Of a DNA stretch of 64,000 bases, positions 1 through 9,591 are shown piece after piece. How positions within the stretch are numbered: the first letter of the stretch is position 1; the number at the start of each line of letters is the position of its first letter. Source of the DNA: Thermodesulfobacteriota bacterium (lineage in GTDB: Bacteria; Desulfobacterota_D; UBA1144; Nemesobacterales; UBA2774); contig OZ244991.1 of assembly GCA_965223335.1 (NCBI GenBank), positions 1,312,001-1,376,000 on the forward strand, read 5' to 3'. A program made the translations under genes and the position numbers. Below the pieces are notes generated by a model. The model searched no databases and was not told the origin of the DNA. It saw only the letters and a program-made list of their open reading frames with translations.

Positions 1-1
1 T

Positions 2-775
2 AACCACCTGGACCATCACCAGAGCTACAAAGAATATATAGACGCCAAGATGAGGATTTTTAAGAACCAGACCCCTGATGATTACGCTATATATAACTCT
101 GAGGACGGTGTAATAGATGAGAATATGCCTGACCTCGGTTCTGTGCCTGTTACATTCGGGTACTCGGACCGAGAAAACGGTGTGTGGTCTGACGGGCAAA
201 TTATCCATTATAAAGACGAGAGCTTTGATCTACGCGGTATGAAGCTTGTAGGTAAACATAATATAGAGAATGCAATGGCTGCTGTAGCTGTAGCAATTAT
301 AATCGGCTGCCCGCGGGAAATTATCGAGAGAGAGATAAGGGAGTTCCACCCGCTACCTTATAGGATTGAGTATGTGGGTGAGGTAGAGGGTGTGGCTATC
401 TATAACGACTCCAAGTCCACAAGCCCTGCGGCCACGGCTAGTGCACTCAAAAGCCTCGGTCCCCGGACGATTCTTATAGCCGGTGGTAAGGACAAGGGTA
501 CTAGCTTCGATGCTCTTATAGAGCCGATTAAACAGAATGCGAAACTATTGATATTACTTGGCGAGACGAAACACAGGATGAGGGACGAACTGGGGGAGGG
601 TATAGAGACTCGGGTGGTGGACACACTTGAGGATGCGGTAAGTAATGCACTTGAGCATAGCAGCGAGGGGGATAAGATCCTTTTTTCGCCTGCGTGTTCG
701 AGTTTCGATATGTTCGGTTCTTACGAAGAAAGAGGAAGGAGGTTTCAAGAGATTGTCAGCGGCCTCGGTAACTGA
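2..775 (+). CDS. murD: UDP-N-acetylmuramoyl-L-alanine--D-glutamate ligase (5'-truncated by window edge)
   Basis: Frame open from base 2 (NHLDHHQSYKEYIDAKMRIF); motifs HNIENAMAA, YNDSKST, IAGGKDKG, FSPACSSFDMF; precedes ftsW. Confidence 0.96.
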   Translation, partial: NHLDHHQSYKEYIDAKMRIFKNQTPDDYAIYNSEDGVIDENMPDLGSVPVTFGYSDRENGVWSDGQIIHYKDESFDLRGMKLVGKHNIENAMAAVAVAIIIGCPREIIEREIREFHPLPYRIEYVGEVEGVAIYNDSKSTSPAATASALKSLGPRTILIAGGKDKGTSFDALIEPIKQNAKLLILLGETKHRMRDELGEGIETRVVDTLEDAVSNALEHSSEGDKILFSPACSSFDMFGSYEERGRRFQEIVSGLGN

Positions 776-1868
776 TAAGAGAAGGAATTACGATTGGGGA
801 GTAATAATATCGGTAATATTCCTTGTTGCTATGGGAGTGCTTATGGTCTATAGCACAAGCTCGGTCTATGCACTCGAGAAATTCGGCGACCCCAACTTTT
901 TCTTAAAGCGCCACGCCATATATCTGTCTATGGGTATTGTTGCGATGGTGGTGATGATGCACATCGACTACAGGATTCTTAAAAAACTCGTGTTCCCGGC
1001 CTATTTGCTGGGATTGGCGCTTCTTATCATTGTGCTAGTACCCAGCATTGGCAAGCAGGTAAGCGGTGCGCGCCGCTGGATAGATATAGGTGCTTTTACG
1101 TTCCAGCCCTCAGAGGTTGCGAAATATATACTGGTCCTCTACCTCGCATATTCGCTTACAAAGAAACGCGATAAGCTCGACAGTTTTATAGTGGGGTTCG
1201 CATCGCACATTATGGTTGCGGGTGCATACATAATATTGATCCTTTTGGAGCCCGACTTCGGGACGGCAACAACGCTGTTGGTTGTTCTATTTGCCATGAT
1301 GTTTATAGGGGGTGTCAGAATAAAGTATATGGTGCCGCTTGGCGTCGTATCGGTAGTACTGCTTGTATTAGCGGTGCTTACCAAGGGCTACAGGATGAAG
1401 CGTGTGATATCGTTCCTTGACCCCTGGAAAGACCCGCTCGGTTCCGGGTACCAGGCTGTGCAGTCTTTTATAGCGTTTGGTCTGGGCGGGATATCAGGCA
1501 CGGGGCTTGGCGACAGTGCTCAGAAACTGTTTTTCCTACCGCAGGCTCACACCGATTTTATATTCTCTATCATAGGCGAGGAGCTTGGGTTTATCGGAGT
1601 CGTATTGGTAATACTGGCATTCATATTTTTATTCGTAAGGAGCCTTAAGGTAGCACTCAATGCGCCTGACCTGTTTGGCTGTTACCTTGTGTTCGGGTGC
1701 ATAATGCTCATCACACTGCAGGCTGCAGTGAACATGGCGGTGGCTGTGGGGTTGTTTCCGACAAAGGGGCTTACACTGCCGTTTATAAGCTATGGAGGTA
1801 CATCACTCGTTGCAACTTTGGGTGCTATGGGGATCATACTCAGCGTATCTAAAGCGAGAATAAAATGA
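753..1868 (+). CDS. ftsW: Cell division SEDS glycosyltransferase FtsW
   Basis: Multi-TM protein with GARRWI, FQPSEVAK, LEPDFGT, LPQAHTDFIF, KGLTLPFISYGGTS; start moved to TTG 753 (GGAGG upstream) from ORF-track 645. Confidence 0.95.
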   Translation: MSAASVTDKRRNYDWGVIISVIFLVAMGVLMVYSTSSVYALEKFGDPNFFLKRHAIYLSMGIVAMVVMMHIDYRILKKLVFPAYLLGLALLIIVLVPSIGKQVSGARRWIDIGAFTFQPSEVAKYILVLYLAYSLTKKRDKLDSFIVGFASHIMVAGAYIILILLEPDFGTATTLLVVLFAMMFIGGVRIKYMVPLGVVSVVLLVLAVLTKGYRMKRVISFLDPWKDPLGSGYQAVQSFIAFGLGGISGTGLGDSAQKLFFLPQAHTDFIFSIIGEELGFIGVVLVILAFIFLFVRSLKVALNAPDLFGCYLVFGCIMLITLQAAVNMAVAVGLFPTKGLTLPFISYGGTSLVATLGAMGIILSVSKARIK

Positions 1869-2950
1869 AGATTATCATAGCCGGGGGAGGCACAGGCGGT
1901 CACATCTTTCCGGCCATTGCAATAGCAGATGAGATTACAAAACGAGGTTCTAACAACGTTGTGCAGTTTGTGGGTACTAAAAAAGGGTTAGAGAACGAAA
2001 TGGTTAGAGAACGAAACTACTCAATAGAGTTCATATCCTCAGGAGGCATAGTGGGTAAAGGCATATTGGACAGCCTAGCGGGCATGGTATCGGCCGCAAG
2101 AGGGCTATTTGAATCGTTTAGTATTATCCGCCGCTTTAAGCCCGATGCAGTGCTCGGAGTTGGGGGATATGCTTCAGGACCCATAGTACTTGCAGCGGCT
2201 ATACTCAGAGTACCTACCGCTATTTGCGAGCCCAACTCGTTCCCCGGGCTCACAAACAGGCTCCTGGGTAAGGTGGCGGGCAAGGTCTTTACCGCCTACC
2301 GAGCTGCTAGGGGTTTTTTCCCCGCCCACAAAATTGCGCTTACCGGCAACCCTGTGAGGCAGAGCATACTAGAGACTAACAATGAGAACGGAAATCCTGA
2401 CAACATACGAATACTAATTTTCGGCGGCAGTCAGGGGTCGGCGAGACTAAACGATTCGGTGCCCAAAGCCCTAGGTCTTATGGACAGAAAGGATATATCG
2501 GTGCTCCATCAAACGGGTAAATCGGATATGGAGAGTGTTAGAAAAACATATGACTGGTACGGGATCAGTGCTGAGGTCCTCCCGTTTATAGTTGATATGG
2601 CAGGCGCATACTCAAGAGCTGATTTTGTGGTTGGCAGGTCTGGTGCCGGAACGGTATCGGAGCTCACGGTGCTGGGCAAGCCGTCGCTGCTTATTCCATA
2701 TCCCTATGCCACTCACAATCACCAGCGCTACAACGCAAAGGAATTGGTCGACGAGGGGGCCGCTGTGATGCTAAGCGACAGTGACGCCACGCCCGAGAAT
2801 ATCGCACGGGTATTAACCGAGTTGTTTGAGGATGATAAATTGGTACAAATGGCTCAAAAAGCCAAAGCACTGGGAATGCCGAATGCAACCACTGATATAG
2901 TCGACGCTATTTATGAACTTGCCGGAGTGAGATTGTGTACGGGAGAGTAA
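1865..2950 (+). CDS. murG: Lipid II GlcNAc transferase MurG
   Basis: GGGTGGHIFP, GVGGYASGP, TGNPVR, FGGSQG, RSGAGT, HQRYNA motifs. Confidence 0.97.
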   Translation: MKIIIAGGGTGGHIFPAIAIADEITKRGSNNVVQFVGTKKGLENEMVRERNYSIEFISSGGIVGKGILDSLAGMVSAARGLFESFSIIRRFKPDAVLGVGGYASGPIVLAAAILRVPTAICEPNSFPGLTNRLLGKVAGKVFTAYRAARGFFPAHKIALTGNPVRQSILETNNENGNPDNIRILIFGGSQGSARLNDSVPKALGLMDRKDISVLHQTGKSDMESVRKTYDWYGISAEVLPFIVDMAGAYSRADFVVGRSGAGTVSELTVLGKPSLLIPYPYATHNHQRYNAKELVDEGAAVMLSDSDATPENIARVLTELFEDDKLVQMAQKAKALGMPNATTDIVDAIYELAGVRLCTGE

Positions 2951-4302
2951 AACAGGTGCATTTCGTGGGAATAGGCGGGATAGGAATGAGTGGAATTGCC
3001 GAGGTGATGCTTAACATGGGATATGAGGTGACAGGATCGGACCTACAGAGATCAAGCTCTGTGAAGAGGTTAGAGGGGCTTGGGGCCACGGTGCATATTG
3101 GACACGACGCGGACAATATACACGGTGCTGATGTGGTGGTTAGGTCCTCTGCGATAAGGGGGGATAACCCAGAGATCCAGGCCTCGTACACTGTAAACAT
3201 ACCGGTTGTGCAAAGGGCCGAGATGCTGGCCGAGCTTATGCGACTTAAATACGGTATTGCGGTTGCCGGCAGCCACGGCAAGACCACTACCACATCTATG
3301 ATAGCCACTGTGCTTACTCACGGTGGGCTCGATCCCACCATTGTTGTGGGTGGCAGGGTAGTGGCGCTTGGGACTAATGCGAAGCTTGGGCAGGGTGACT
3401 TCATGGTGGTGGAGGCCGACGAGAGTGACGGTTCGTTTCTATTGTTGTCGCCTGTGATCTCGGTGATTACCAACATAGACAAGGAGCACATGGACCACTA
3501 CAGGGATCTGGAAGAATTAGAGCAGGCTTTTGTGGAGTTTGCCAACAAAATCCCGTTTTACGGGTTGGCGGTGCTCTGCGCCGACTGTCCCAAGACACTT
3601 GAGATTGCAAAGAAGTTTCCGAGAAGGGCGCTAACATACGGGTTTAGTGACGATGCTGAGCTAAGCGCCGAAAATGTTGAGATAAAGGGATTCGAAACGA
3701 GGTTTCAGGTTGTTATGGATAATAATTTGCTTGGCAGTGTAACGCTCAATGTGCCGGGCTCACATAACGTGCTCAATGCCTTGGCATCTGTGGCTGTAGG
3801 GCTTGAGCTTGGGCTTAGCTTTGAGAGGGTACAAGAGGGTTTGGCCGAGTTTAGCGGTATTGAGAGGCGTTTGGAGGTTAAGGGCAGGAACGATGATTAT
3901 ATGGTGGTTGACGATTACGCCCACCACCCGGCAGAGATAGCGGTCACAATAGATACTCTAAAAAATTCACTATCCAGGAGATTGGTCGTTATATTCCAGC
4001 CCCACAGGTACTCACGCACCCAGAACCTATTTAATGAGTTCGCCACTGCATTCGGGGGTGCCGATGTGCTCTGCTTGCTAGACATTTATGCTGCGAGTGA
4101 GGACCCGATACCGGGTGTCGACAGCGAGAGCTTGGCCGAGGCTATACGTGACACAGGCCACGGGGATGTAAGCCATATATCGGACGAAGCTAAGCTCTAT
4201 GGATACATTGATGAGATATTAAAACCGGGTGACGTAGTGCTCACCCTTGGAGCCGGTAACGTATGGAGAATAGCCGAGAAGATAGCAGAGAGGCTAGGGT
4301 AG
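2935..4302 (+). CDS. murC: UDP-N-acetylmuramate--L-alanine ligase
   Basis: HFVGIGGIGMSGIA, GSHGKTTTT, EADESDGSF, DDYAHHP, FQPHRYSRT. Confidence 0.97.
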   Translation: MYGRVKQVHFVGIGGIGMSGIAEVMLNMGYEVTGSDLQRSSSVKRLEGLGATVHIGHDADNIHGADVVVRSSAIRGDNPEIQASYTVNIPVVQRAEMLAELMRLKYGIAVAGSHGKTTTTSMIATVLTHGGLDPTIVVGGRVVALGTNAKLGQGDFMVVEADESDGSFLLLSPVISVITNIDKEHMDHYRDLEELEQAFVEFANKIPFYGLAVLCADCPKTLEIAKKFPRRALTYGFSDDAELSAENVEIKGFETRFQVVMDNNLLGSVTLNVPGSHNVLNALASVAVGLELGLSFERVQEGLAEFSGIERRLEVKGRNDDYMVVDDYAHHPAEIAVTIDTLKNSLSRRLVVIFQPHRYSRTQNLFNEFATAFGGADVLCLLDIYAASEDPIPGVDSESLAEAIRDTGHGDVSHISDEAKLYGYIDEILKPGDVVLTLGAGNVWRIAEKIAERLG

Positions 4303-4304
4303 AG

Positions 4305-5201
4305 ATGCTGCTAAACGAGATTACACAGCTTGGTTGTGAGGTACAAAAAAACTACTCAATGAGTAGGTATACGTGGCTCCGTGTGGGTGGGGAGGCCGGT
4401 GGTGTGGTGTACCCATCGACTCTCCGTGAGTTTACGGATGTGCTGTCTATGGCGAGTGAACACGAGGTGCCGTGGGTAGTGCTCGGGGCCGGCTCAAATA
4501 CCATTGTGTATGACGAGGGGATAGAGGGGGTGGTGATCTGTACAAAGAAATTAAAGAGGATTGAGATCCTCGAAGGTGACAAGGTGCTTGCAGAGACGGG
4601 TGCCATACTGGGTACGATATTGAATCAAACCGTAAAAGCCGGGCTTACGGGGTTTGAATTCGCAGCGGGGATTCCCGGCACGGTAGGCGGCGGTGTGTAT
4701 ATGAATGCGGGCGCCAATAACGGCGAGATCAAGGATGTGATCGACACGGTATGGGTATGGAGAGAGGGGCGGGAGTACGAGTATAAGCGAAGCGAGATTA
4801 ACTTTGAGTATAGAAAGAGCAACCTGCCCGAGGGTAGTGTAGTGACAAAGGCACTTTTTCAGTTGAGCAGAGGAGATGTGGCGCAGAGTAAGCGGAATGT
4901 TAAGGAGTATATGGACAGAAGGGCGCGTACACAGCCCATCAAGATGTCGAACACTGGATCTATCTTTAAAAACCCGTCCGAGATTGCTGCGGGGCGCTTA
5001 ATTGAGGAGCTTGGGCTCAAGGGATACCGAATAGGCGGGGCCGAGTTTTCGGAAATCCACGCTAATTTCATAGTAAACACAGGTGGTGCTACAGCCGAAG
5101 ATGTGCTCAGCCTAATTGAGGTTGCAAAGAAAAAAGCGTTAGTCGAGCGCGGAATAAAGCTAGAAACCGAGGTAAAGGTAATAGGCATTAAAAAGGATTA
5201 G
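4305..5201 (+). CDS. murB: UDP-N-acetylenolpyruvoylglucosamine reductase
   Basis: LGAGSN, GIPGTVGGGVYMNAGA, GSIFKNP, HANFIVN, LETEV; ATG 4305 follows the murC stop. Confidence 0.96.
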   Translation: MLLNEITQLGCEVQKNYSMSRYTWLRVGGEAGGVVYPSTLREFTDVLSMASEHEVPWVVLGAGSNTIVYDEGIEGVVICTKKLKRIEILEGDKVLAETGAILGTILNQTVKAGLTGFEFAAGIPGTVGGGVYMNAGANNGEIKDVIDTVWVWREGREYEYKRSEINFEYRKSNLPEGSVVTKALFQLSRGDVAQSKRNVKEYMDRRARTQPIKMSNTGSIFKNPSEIAAGRLIEELGLKGYRIGGAEFSEIHANFIVNTGGATAEDVLSLIEVAKKKALVERGIKLETEVKVIGIKKD

Positions 5202-5202
5202 C

Positions 5203-5952
5203 ATGAAAAAAGCAATATTTAGATATTTACCAAGAGTCTTGTTGTTCATTATTTTCGTGACCGCGATCGGGTTTTTGGGCATGCTCACGCTACGCCTAAA
5301 TATCCTAGCAGTGAAAGACGTGGTGATTACAGGTAACCAGAGAGTGGATCAAGTGGAGATTGTAAAAAGATCGGGACTTAGAAAAGGGGAGAGCACAATA
5401 TTCTTTTTCGAGAGCAAGGTGCGTCGGAACCTCTTAAAAAACCCGTGGATAAAGGATGTGAGGGTGGTTAAGGACTATCCCTCGGGGGTAAAAATCGAGA
5501 TTGAGGAGTTTGTTCCCTACGCCTTAATGACGACTGAGCAGGGTGAGCTCTACTACCTTAGTGAGACCGGGCAGAGGCTGGGCAAAGGCACCATGGATGA
5601 GGGTTTGGACTACCCCCTGATACTAATAGGCGACAGCATGGTAAACGAAGCTCTTATGTCCGAGGCGCTTACTCTATTGCAGCTATCGCTGGTAAGCCAT
5701 GTGCTGGGGTGGGACCAGGTCTCGCAGCTCTACCTGGACTCTATTTACGGTATTACGTTCTATACCACGGACCGTAGGCGCATAGAGTTTAGCTCGGGTG
5801 ATATTAAAGAAAAATGGCAGAGGGTGGAGAAGATAATCAAACACGCGGAGTCAATGAACCTGCGTGAGTCTTACATCGATATAAGCCAGCTAGATATGGG
5901 AGTTGTGGATTTTAATATTGCGGTGCTCAACCAAGGAGTAGAGGATGGGTAA
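5203..5952 (+). CDS. ftsQ: Cell division protein FtsQ/DivIB
   Basis: N-terminal TM, POTRA-like segment (VVITGNQRV...NPWIKDVRVVKDYP); directly upstream of ftsA. Confidence 0.88.
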   Translation: MKKAIFRYLPRVLLFIIFVTAIGFLGMLTLRLNILAVKDVVITGNQRVDQVEIVKRSGLRKGESTIFFFESKVRRNLLKNPWIKDVRVVKDYPSGVKIEIEEFVPYALMTTEQGELYYLSETGQRLGKGTMDEGLDYPLILIGDSMVNEALMSEALTLLQLSLVSHVLGWDQVSQLYLDSIYGITFYTTDRRRIEFSSGDIKEKWQRVEKIIKHAESMNLRESYIDISQLDMGVVDFNIAVLNQGVEDG

Positions 5953-7174
5953 AGAAGAGAACTTGATCATAGGACTTGACCTTGGGACCACCAAGATCTG
6001 TGCCATTGTCGGTGAGCGTAACGCCTCCGACGAGGTGGAGATCATCGGTGTAGGTATATATCCCTCATACGGATTAAAGAGGGGTGTGGTTGTGAATATC
6101 GAAAAGACGATAGAGTCCATTAAGAACGCGGTGCAGGAAGCAGAGCACATGGCCGGGTGTGAGATTAGGACTGTCTTTGTGGGTATAGCAGGCGGCCACA
6201 TTAAGGGTATTAGCGGTCACGGGATGATAACAATAAGGGAGCGGGAGGTAAACAAGCGGGACCTGGAGCGTGTAATAGAGTCCGCTAACGCTGTGTTGAT
6301 CCCGGCTGACCGAGAGATCATTCACGTAATACCCCAGGAGTATATGGTAGACGGACAGAGCGGAATAAAGGATCCGATCGGCATATGCGGGGTTAAGCTT
6401 GAGACCAAGGTGCACATTGTAACAGGTCAGGTAACCGCTGCTCAGAACCTGATCAAGTGTATCCATGGGGCGGGAATGGATGTAGCCGACATAGTGCTTG
6501 AGCAGCTTGCGTCGAGCGAAGCCGTGCTTACAGAGGACGAGAAAGAGATAGGAGTGGTGCTCATTGACTGCGGCGGTGGGACAACGGACATAGCAGTGTT
6601 TTCCGGGGGCAGCATACGCTACACGGAGAATGTTACGCTGGGCGGGGACAATATTGACCGGGATATAGCGCTTGGTTTGTCTACACCGCTAACAGAGGCA
6701 AGGAAGCTAAAGGAGCGCTATGGGATGGCGCTGGCAGAGCTTGTGTCGCTTGACGAATCTATAGAGGTGCCGAGTGTGGGGGGACGACGGCCCAGACGGG
6801 TATCGCGGCGGGACCTGGCTGCGATTATAGAACCGCGGATGGAAGAGATATTCACACTCGCCAAACGGGAGATAAGGAAGTCGGGCTACGAGGACCTGAT
6901 CCCCGCAGGAGTGGTTATCACAGGCGGGAGCGTGATAATGAACGGCACAGTAGAGCTTGCTGAGAGGGTGCTCGAAAAACCCGTCAGAATGGGTGTGCCG
7001 ACCGAGGTAGGAGGGCTTGGGGACATTATTGCAAACCCTGTGTATTCAACCGGTGTGGGACTTGTGATGTACGGGGGGCAGTACGAGGGAGATAAAAAAA
7101 TACGCATAAGAGACGAGAATGTGTTTAAAAAAGTTTTTGACAGTATGACAAATTGGTTTCAAGAGTTTTTTTAA
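5945..7174 (+). CDS. ftsA: Cell division protein FtsA
   Basis: GLDLGTTKI, DCGGGTTD, C-terminal amphipathic helix VFDSMTNWFQEFF. Confidence 0.97.
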   Translation: MGKEENLIIGLDLGTTKICAIVGERNASDEVEIIGVGIYPSYGLKRGVVVNIEKTIESIKNAVQEAEHMAGCEIRTVFVGIAGGHIKGISGHGMITIREREVNKRDLERVIESANAVLIPADREIIHVIPQEYMVDGQSGIKDPIGICGVKLETKVHIVTGQVTAAQNLIKCIHGAGMDVADIVLEQLASSEAVLTEDEKEIGVVLIDCGGGTTDIAVFSGGSIRYTENVTLGGDNIDRDIALGLSTPLTEARKLKERYGMALAELVSLDESIEVPSVGGRRPRRVSRRDLAAIIEPRMEEIFTLAKREIRKSGYEDLIPAGVVITGGSVIMNGTVELAERVLEKPVRMGVPTEVGGLGDIIANPVYSTGVGLVMYGGQYEGDKKIRIRDENVFKKVFDSMTNWFQEFF

Positions 7175-7213
7175 AAAACAAAATCCATAATTTACAAGGA
7201 GGGTGTAAATATT

Positions 7214-8293
7214 ATGGCGAATTTTGAACTAGAAGATTCCCCGTTGGACCAACGGGCAAAGATTAAGGTCATAGGAGCCGGTGGAGCGGGCGGTAATGCT
7301 GTAAATGCGATGATTCAAAGGGGACTAGGCGGTGTTGAGTTTATAGTAGCCAATACCGATGCCCAGGATCTGACAAAGTCGCTTGCAGAGACCAAGCTCC
7401 AGATCGGTGCCAGAACAAACAAGGGACTTGGCTCCGGTGGGAATCCCACTCTTGGCAGAGAGGCGGCTATAGAGGACCAGGCAAAGATTGCCGAATCGCT
7501 CGATGGCGCCGATATGATCTTTATCACGGCAGGAATGGGGGGTGGTACCGGGACGGGCTCATCACCCGTGATAGCGCAGACCTCAAAGGAAATCGGCGCA
7601 CTTACAGTCGGTGTAGTAACCAAACCGTTCGGTTTTGAGGGCCCGCGGCGCATCAAACAGGCTCTCGAGGGGATTGAGCAGCTTGAAAAAGAGGTAGACA
7701 CTCTAATCGTAATCCCCAACGAAAGACTGGCTGCAGTGCATAACGTAAGCATAATCGAGGCCTTTAAAAAAGCCGACGAGGTGCTTGACCAGGCCGTGCG
7801 CGGGATATCCGACATTATTACTGGCACGGGGTATATCAACGTGGACTTTGCCGATGTGAAGAGCATCATGGGTGAAAACGGTGGTAAGGCACTCATGGGT
7901 TCCGGCTATGCCGAAGGCAACAACCGGGCAATCGAGGCTGCGGAGTCTGCTATCACAAGCCCGCTACTGGAAGATATATCCATTGACGGTGCCAGGGGCA
8001 TACTGCTCAACGTTACGGCTTCACCGGACTTTGGTATTGAAGAGCTTAACGATGCCTGCAACTATATCAGAGAGCGTGCCCATGATGATGTGAACTTGAT
8101 ATTCGGGCTCGTGTTTGACCATGAGTACCGCGAGGCCGTGCAGATTACCGTGATTGCAACGGGCATTAAAAACGCGCGTGCAGAGAATATAAAGAAGATC
8201 GTGACCGATCTTTCCGCAGAATCGCCCGAGGATGAGTTTGAGATCCCGGCATTTATCAGAAGACGTGGTGTAAGCGAAGGCCAGCAAAGCTAG
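7214..8293 (+). CDS. ftsZ: Cell division protein FtsZ
   Basis: Tubulin motif GMGGGTGTG, INVDFAD, C-terminal core peptide EIPAFIRR. Confidence 0.98.
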   Translation: MANFELEDSPLDQRAKIKVIGAGGAGGNAVNAMIQRGLGGVEFIVANTDAQDLTKSLAETKLQIGARTNKGLGSGGNPTLGREAAIEDQAKIAESLDGADMIFITAGMGGGTGTGSSPVIAQTSKEIGALTVGVVTKPFGFEGPRRIKQALEGIEQLEKEVDTLIVIPNERLAAVHNVSIIEAFKKADEVLDQAVRGISDIITGTGYINVDFADVKSIMGENGGKALMGSGYAEGNNRAIEAAESAITSPLLEDISIDGARGILLNVTASPDFGIEELNDACNYIRERAHDDVNLIFGLVFDHEYREAVQITVIATGIKNARAENIKKIVTDLSAESPEDEFEIPAFIRRRGVSEGQQS

Positions 8294-8391
8294 AACCGTC
8301 TATATCTAGTGGTATGTGTGGAATTACGCCCTCTTTAGATTATGGATAACTGCGTTCGATTGAATCTTTACGGTAATATTGCGGCTCCGCA

Positions 8392-8419
8392 TCCCAAAGA
8401 GCAGTTGCTTTGGGGTTTT
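8392..8419 (+). terminator. Probable intrinsic terminator after ftsZ
   Basis: CCCAAAG...CTTTGGG stem followed by GTTTT. Confidence 0.6.
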
Positions 8420-8504
8420 GGTCTTGAATACTTTTATACTAATGTGCTTTTATAAGTATATCGGATGAGATTAGTGTAAAGTGATAAATACGCTCTCTTT
8501 CGGT

Positions 8505-8879
8505 TTATGCCTGAGTTGATGCGCGCTCGTTTTCAAGGAAATTAAGGTCGACTTTGGGTGCATCCATCCAAAGCCCCTCGATGTCGTAAAAATCCCGTAT
8601 CGAGTGGTAAAACACGTGTACAACGACGTCCACCGCGTCTATTAGGACCCAAGTGCCTTCACCGGTGCCCTCAACACCTATTGTCTTCTCACCGTGCTCT
8701 GAAAGTGTTTTTTCTATGTGCTCAACTATGGTCTTTACACCCCTTGCAGAGTCGGCACTGCATATTAAAAAGTAGTCCGTGACGTCACTCAGCTTTGACA
8801 CATCTATAAGCACCGGCTCGATAGCCTTTTTTTCAGAGGCGGCAGAGGCGATGATCTTGGATTTATCTATAGAATTTAT
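8505..8879 (-). CDS. rsfS: Ribosome silencing factor RsfS (Iojap)
   Basis: TDYFLICS, WVLID, RDFYDIEGLW; the conserved AASEKKA lies upstream of the ORF-track GTG (8813), so start placed at ATA 8879 (see findings); follows nadD. Confidence 0.9.
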   Translation of the reverse strand: MNSIDKSKIIASAASEKKAIEPVLIDVSKLSDVTDYFLICSADSARGVKTIVEHIEKTLSEHGEKTIGVEGTGEGTWVLIDAVDVVVHVFYHSIRDFYDIEGLWMDAPKVDLNFLENERASTQA

Positions 8880-9547
8880 AGAACCGTCTCCTTTCGATAG
8901 AGCTCGTTTTGTGCGATATAGGTTTCGACATCTTCAGTTACAAGATATCTAACAGTTCTGCCTTGATTGACGTAGGTACGGATGAGGGTAGATGAGACTT
9001 GCATCCCTTGTATTTTTACAAAGGTCAGTACTTTTTGACTTCTATGCTGGTAAGTAGTCACGCTGTCTGTGCTATCAACATAACGGAAATCGTCCCTGAA
9101 CGCAAGCGGTAGCTCGGTCTGAACTCGATCCTCGTAACCGGGTCTCTGCACCACGGCAAAGTTTGTAATACTTAGAAGTTCTTTGTAATCTTTCCAGCTC
9201 GAAATACCATCGAGCAGTTCATTGCCGATAATAAAATAGGGCTCTGCGGCGGGGTTTAGCTGGGAGAACTCTTTTAGCGTATCTATACTATAGGACGTCC
9301 CGCCTCGTCTGATCTCTATGTCTGAAACGGTGAAGTAGTCGTTGTCACGTGTGGCAAGCTCGAGCATCCGAAGCCGGTCGTCTACAGGCGATACATAGCT
9401 CTGGGTTTTATGGGGGGGAGTGTATGCGGGGATAAATATTATTTCTTCTAACTGGAGGGTCTCGCGTATCTCCTCTGCACCCCTTAGGTGACCGACATGT
9501 ATGGGATCGAAAGTCCCGCCTAGTAGTCCTACTTTTGATTTAGGCAT
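8876..9547 (-). CDS. nadD: Nicotinate-nucleotide adenylyltransferase
   Basis: GGTFDPIHVGH (HxGH), PPHK, SYSIDTL, VSSTLIR. Confidence 0.95.
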   Translation of the reverse strand: MPKSKVGLLGGTFDPIHVGHLRGAEEIRETLQLEEIIFIPAYTPPHKTQSYVSPVDDRLRMLELATRDNDYFTVSDIEIRRGGTSYSIDTLKEFSQLNPAAEPYFIIGNELLDGISSWKDYKELLSITNFAVVQRPGYEDRVQTELPLAFRDDFRYVDSTDSVTTYQHRSQKVLTFVKIQGMQVSSTLIRTYVNQGRTVRYLVTEDVETYIAQNELYRKETVL

Positions 9548-9591
9548 CTGTATTTAGCATAAAGTATTATAGCGATTCGTTAAAATCGTTG

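Noticed and set aside
645..752. Long N-terminal extension of FtsW in the ORF track
   Set aside because: It overlaps murD by ~130 nt; TTG 753 with an upstream GGAGG is more plausible.
8320..8350. DnaA-box-like TATGGATAA and TGTGGAATT after ftsZ
   Set aside because: Only two imperfect matches, with no cluster or oriC context.
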